A DNA stretch of 43,623 nt, taken from assembly GCA_035624475.1 (NCBI GenBank), contig DASPRL010000121.1, positions 1-43,623 on the forward strand. Reading direction: 5' to 3'. Positions 40,503 to 43,623 of the stretch are shown piece after piece (the stretch's first letter is position 1; each line of letters opens with the position of its first letter). Origin of the DNA: Terriglobales bacterium. GTDB lineage: Bacteria; Acidobacteriota; Terriglobia; Terriglobales; Acidobacteriaceae. Both the position numbers and the translations under genes were made by a program. The notes beneath the pieces were generated by a model. That model had not been told where the DNA came from and did not search any database. It saw nothing but the letters and a program-made list of their open reading frames with translations.

Positions 40503-42773
40503 CTAGAACGAGAACAGGTACGACAGCTTCACAAACACCTCGTTTCCCAGGTCGGAGGGCTGCAGGGGCACGTGCCGCTGGTGGTTGTAGCCGAGGAAGA
40601 GCGCGCTGCGCGCCGTGAAGTCGTAGGCCACCAGCGAATTCACGCTCAGGTTGTGGCCGTGGATGTCGCTCTCGTACTGGGCCAGCACCCGCGCCCGCAG
40701 CTTGGGGGTGAACTGGTAGGTGGTGCGCGAGATCAGGAAGCGCCGGTCCTGGAAGGGCCGGCCGCCGTCCTGGTACTCGCTGATGTAGATGGCGGTGGCG
40801 TCCCAGTTCAGATGGCTGCCCACCAACGCCGTCAGGCCGGCGGTGTACTGGTGGAAGAAGCCGTGGAAGTTCTCGTTGAACTGGGTCATCTTGCCGTGCG
40901 CGTACTGGAAGAGGAGGTACCACCGCCGCGTCCGGTTGGTGGAGAGCTGCAGCGCCCAATTGGGGTCCAGGTACAGCCGGGTGCAGGCCAGGTTGACCGT
41001 GCACACCCGCCCAAAGTCCGGGGTGAAAAAAAAGAAACGGGTGCGGTCGTAGCTGTAGCCGGCCGCGAAGTCCCAGAAGTTCTTGAACTGCACCTCCAGG
41101 TTGCCGCTGGCCCCGGAGCTCTCCAGCTCTCCCTGGGTGCCGTTGCCCTCGCCGTAGTCCAGGGTGGCGAAGATCTGGCGGATACCGTAACGGTTGATGA
41201 AGGGCTTGTACTCCGCCGTCATCTCTCCGCTCCAGCGGTCCACCTCCGGCTCGAAGCCGGTGCTGCTGACGTTCACCTTGTTGCCCAGGAACTTGCCCGC
41301 GCTCTGGAAAAAGTACTGTTCCGAGTCGTAGGTGAACGTGGACTGCCAGCCCAGGTGCTGGGCGTCGAAGCCGGGGTTCAGGGCGTTGAAGTTCATCATG
41401 AACTGCGAGGCCCAGGTGACGTGCTGGCCGTGCCGGATGCTGAGGTCCACCGCCTGCGTGCTCTCGCTCTCGCTGAGCACGTTGCCGGCGGCGTCGCGCG
41501 CGATGGGGTCTTGCTGCAGCCGGTTCACGGAGATGAACCCGAGGGCCGACTTTTGCAGGATGCCGTGCTGCAGCCGCAGCACTCCGAAGAACGCTCCCGG
41601 CTCGGTCTCGACCGCGCCCGTGTTGGGATCGGTGAACTCGGTGCGCTGGGTCAACGCCTCCAGCGCCCCGATGGTCCAGCCGCGCGCCTGTCCGGTGAGC
41701 TTCAGTCCTTCGTAGATGCGCTGCGGCTCGCCGTCGGGGAGCCGCGCTCCCACCCGCCGCGAGAAGAACAGGTCCATCGGGGTCTGGAAGTAGTTGGCGC
41801 CTTCGGTGAAGAACTTGCGCTTCTCCGGGAAGAAGATCTCGAAGCGGGAGATCTGGCTGGTGAACTCGTCGGCCTCGGTCTCGGCGAAGTCGGGGTTGAG
41901 GGCGAGGCTGGCGGTGAGGTTGCCGGCCAGACCGTAGCGCGCGTCCAGGCCTCCGGCCCCGGAAACGCCGTTGAGCTGTGGCGCCCAGTTCACCCGCCGG
42001 TAGGTGGTGCTGCCGTAGGGGATCAGTTCCAGGTTGCGGCCCACGTGCACGTCCTCCAGCCCCACCAGCAGCCCCGCCTTGGAGGGCTTCATGATGCCGT
42101 CGTAGCGGCTCACCGGCTGCCAGGAAGCGCTCTCGTTCTTGCGCGGGATGGTGCGGTTGATGTTGAAGCCCCACACCTGCGTGCCCGCGTGCGACACCCG
42201 GATGGACTTGAAGGGAATGACCACCTCGATCGACCAGCCCCAGTCCTCCACCTTGCCGGCGCTGTACCAGATGCCGTCCCAGCTCGGGTCGATGATGCCG
42301 AAGCCGCTCCCGCCCCGGCTCTCGTCTTCCAGTCCGTCGAACTGGACGCCCAGGTCGTTGATGCTGAAGTAGAAAGCGGTGCGCCGGTCGTGGAAGGTGT
42401 CGAGCATGATGTCGATGCTGTCGGAGCCGGTGCGCCCGTCGTGCGGCCCCAGCCGGTGGATGATCCCCTTGGCCCCGGAGTCGTAGCACTTGATGCCGAA
42501 GTAAATGTTGTTGGCGTCGAAGAAGATGCGCACCTCGGTCTTCTCGCTGACCGGGGCGCCCAGGTTGGGATCGGTCTGCACCAGGTCGCCGAAAGGCTGG
42601 ACCTGCTGCCACACCGGCTCGTCCAGCTTGCCGTCCACCTTGATGTGGGGGTTGTCGATGCGGTGGATCACCCAGGTCTTGGTGGGCACGTTGCTGACGT
42701 CCTGCTGCGTCTGTCCCAGGGCAGGGCAGAGCGCGGCCAGCAGCAGCAGCGGGATGAGGACGTGTCGCAGCAA
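40503..42773 (-). CDS. Outer-membrane/exported carbohydrate-binding (CBM9-like N-domain) + large beta-rich domain protein, DUF5916-like
   Basis: It has a signal peptide (LRHVLIPLLLLAALCPALG-Q). The N-terminal block (IKVDGKLDEPVWQQ...FYFGIKCYD...DSIDIMLDTFHDRRTAFYFSIN) is typical of CBM9/DUF5916 proteins, and the C-terminal F (KLSYLFSF) suggests a beta-barrel. There is no in-frame ATG or GTG near the signal peptide, so TTG 42773 is proposed. The track ORF to 43520 runs off-frame over the neighbouring gene. Confidence 0.8.
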   Translation of the reverse strand: MLRHVLIPLLLLAALCPALGQTQQDVSNVPTKTWVIHRIDNPHIKVDGKLDEPVWQQVQPFGDLVQTDPNLGAPVSEKTEVRIFFDANNIYFGIKCYDSGAKGIIHRLGPHDGRTGSDSIDIMLDTFHDRRTAFYFSINDLGVQFDGLEDESRGGSGFGIIDPSWDGIWYSAGKVEDWGWSIEVVIPFKSIRVSHAGTQVWGFNINRTIPRKNESASWQPVSRYDGIMKPSKAGLLVGLEDVHVGRNLELIPYGSTTYRRVNWAPQLNGVSGAGGLDARYGLAGNLTASLALNPDFAETEADEFTSQISRFEIFFPEKRKFFTEGANYFQTPMDLFFSRRVGARLPDGEPQRIYEGLKLTGQARGWTIGALEALTQRTEFTDPNTGAVETEPGAFFGVLRLQHGILQKSALGFISVNRLQQDPIARDAAGNVLSESESTQAVDLSIRHGQHVTWASQFMMNFNALNPGFDAQHLGWQSTFTYDSEQYFFQSAGKFLGNKVNVSSTGFEPEVDRWSGEMTAEYKPFINRYGIRQIFATLDYGEGNGTQGELESSGASGNLEVQFKNFWDFAAGYSYDRTRFFFFTPDFGRVCTVNLACTRLYLDPNWALQLSTNRTRRWYLLFQYAHGKMTQFNENFHGFFHQYTAGLTALVGSHLNWDATAIYISEYQDGGRPFQDRRFLISRTTYQFTPKLRARVLAQYESDIHGHNLSVNSLVAYDFTARSALFLGYNHQRHVPLQPSDLGNEVFVKLSYLFSF

Positions 42774-42853
42774 GCCCGAGATTATACCGGGGGTCAGCTC
42801 TGCGGCGAGGTGCCCGGCGCGATTCCGCCCGCTCGGAAAGAGCGCGGCTTGAG

Positions 42854-43623
42854 CTACTTCTCCCTGGCCACCACGTAATCCGGGATCAGCAGCAGCGCCC
42901 GCTTGATCTCCGACTCGGGGAAGCCGTAGAGCCCCAGGCGCGCCGCCTCGGCGTACTCGCTGGCGCGCGCCAGCGCCGCCTCCACCGATTCGTAGCGGTT
43001 CAGGATCTCCAGCACCTGCGGGTGGGTGACGCTGCGGAAGGCGCCCTCGCGGAGCACCGTCTCGACGGCTTCGCGCTCTTCCGGCGTGCTGCGCTCCAGC
43101 GCATGGATCACTGCCAGCGTGGCCTTGCCCTCGCGCAGGTCGCTGCCCACGGGCTTGCCCAGCACCTGCTCGGAGGCGGTGAGGTCGAGCACGTCGTCCA
43201 CGATCTGGAAGGCCATGCCCAGGTCGCGCCCGTACTGCGCCAGGCGGTTCTCCTGCTCTTCCGTCGCCCGCCCCAGGATCGCTCCCAGCCGCATGCACAC
43301 CGAGAACAGGCAGGCGGTCTTGCGGAAGATCAGGTCGAAATGCTCCTCCGCGGTGATGATCTGTCCCAGCTTCTCCACCTGCAGCAGCTCGCCCTCCACC
43401 ATCTTCTGGGTCAGCTCGATGAGCACGTCCAGGATGCGGAAGTTGCGCTCCTCCACCGCGATCTTGAAGGCCTGCATGTACAGCCAGTCGCCCGCCAGCA
43501 CGCACTTCGAGTTGCCCCACTGCGTATTGGCTGCCGGACGTCCTCGCCGGGTCCGGGCTTCGTCAATAATGTCGTCGTGCACCAGCGTCGCCGTGTGAAT
43601 GATCTCCACCACCGCTCCCAGCG
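42854..43623 (-). CDS. Long-chain all-trans polyprenyl-diphosphate synthase (IspB-like), N-terminus beyond window
   Basis: It has the first DDxxD motif (TLVHDDIIDEARTRRG) and the second (FQIVDDVLDL), plus KPVGSDLREGK. The frame is open to the window end. Confidence 0.85.
   Translation of the reverse strand, partial: LGAVVEIIHTATLVHDDIIDEARTRRGRPAANTQWGNSKCVLAGDWLYMQAFKIAVEERNFRILDVLIELTQKMVEGELLQVEKLGQIITAEEHFDLIFRKTACLFSVCMRLGAILGRATEEQENRLAQYGRDLGMAFQIVDDVLDLTASEQVLGKPVGSDLREGKATLAVIHALERSTPEEREAVETVLREGAFRSVTHPQVLEILNRYESVEAALARASEYAEAARLGLYGFPESEIKRALLLIPDYVVAREK

Noticed and set aside
40318-43520. Alternative ORFs over the DUF5916-like gene (40318-42612 minus, 40572-42878 plus) and the 1005-aa extension to 43520
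   Set aside because: The first two are off-frame or antisense and low-complexity. The extension beyond 42773 runs off-frame across the polyprenyl synthase gene and precedes an obvious signal peptide.

Overview
High-GC bacterial chromosomal segment (GC judged by eye, not computed). The gene content resembles Acidobacteriota or a similar Gram-negative soil lineage, but I cannot verify taxonomy. I support about 37 protein-coding genes and find no rRNA, tRNA, CRISPR array, transposase, integrase or recognisable defence or toxin genes.

Gene order, left to right:
- A translationally coupled sugar-modification trio: ArnC-like GT2, SDR epimerase/dehydratase and DegT aminotransferase.
- A type IV pilus assembly operon, pilMNOPQ, led by a small excisionase-type HTH gene.
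- Housekeeping genes: M24 aminopeptidase, accB, accC and thiE.
- Two APC amino-acid permeases.
- An RCK-gated 2-TM cation channel with a non-canonical selectivity filter (TIGYQE).
- nnr and tsaE, then fabI and an MFS transporter on the minus strand.
- A block of uncharacterised envelope proteins.
- A compact minus-strand operon in which a sigma54-type response regulator and a membrane sensor kinase bracket archease and the RNA ligase RtcB. A lipoprotein gene overlaps the kinase stop (ATGA), and a 2-TM protein gene follows.
- A divergent candidate sigma54 promoter in front of a Gly-rich small ORF.
- A modular beta-barrel/Ig-like/OmpA protein, a 10-Asp-box BNR protein and panE.
- A second sigma54 signalling module: a sensor-less hybrid kinase, an NtrC-type activator and a small pseudo-receiver with a His-less DHp-like tail.
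- A DUF5916-like outer-membrane protein and a truncated polyprenyl-diphosphate synthase.

Most noteworthy, all hypotheses:
1. The two-component/sigma54 wiring of the archease-RtcB RNA-repair module.
2. The second module with a degenerate REC/DHp protein.
3. Several intergenic regions packed with short tandem repeats (7 to 15 bp units), reminiscent of cyanobacterial STRR elements.
4. Three 8-nt A/T homopolymers, each inside or between cell-surface genes.
5. Sharp low-GC patches inside otherwise GC-rich genes, one of which carries a good extended -10 promoter.

Many long ORFs in the six-frame track are off-frame or antisense artefacts of high GC and were rejected.
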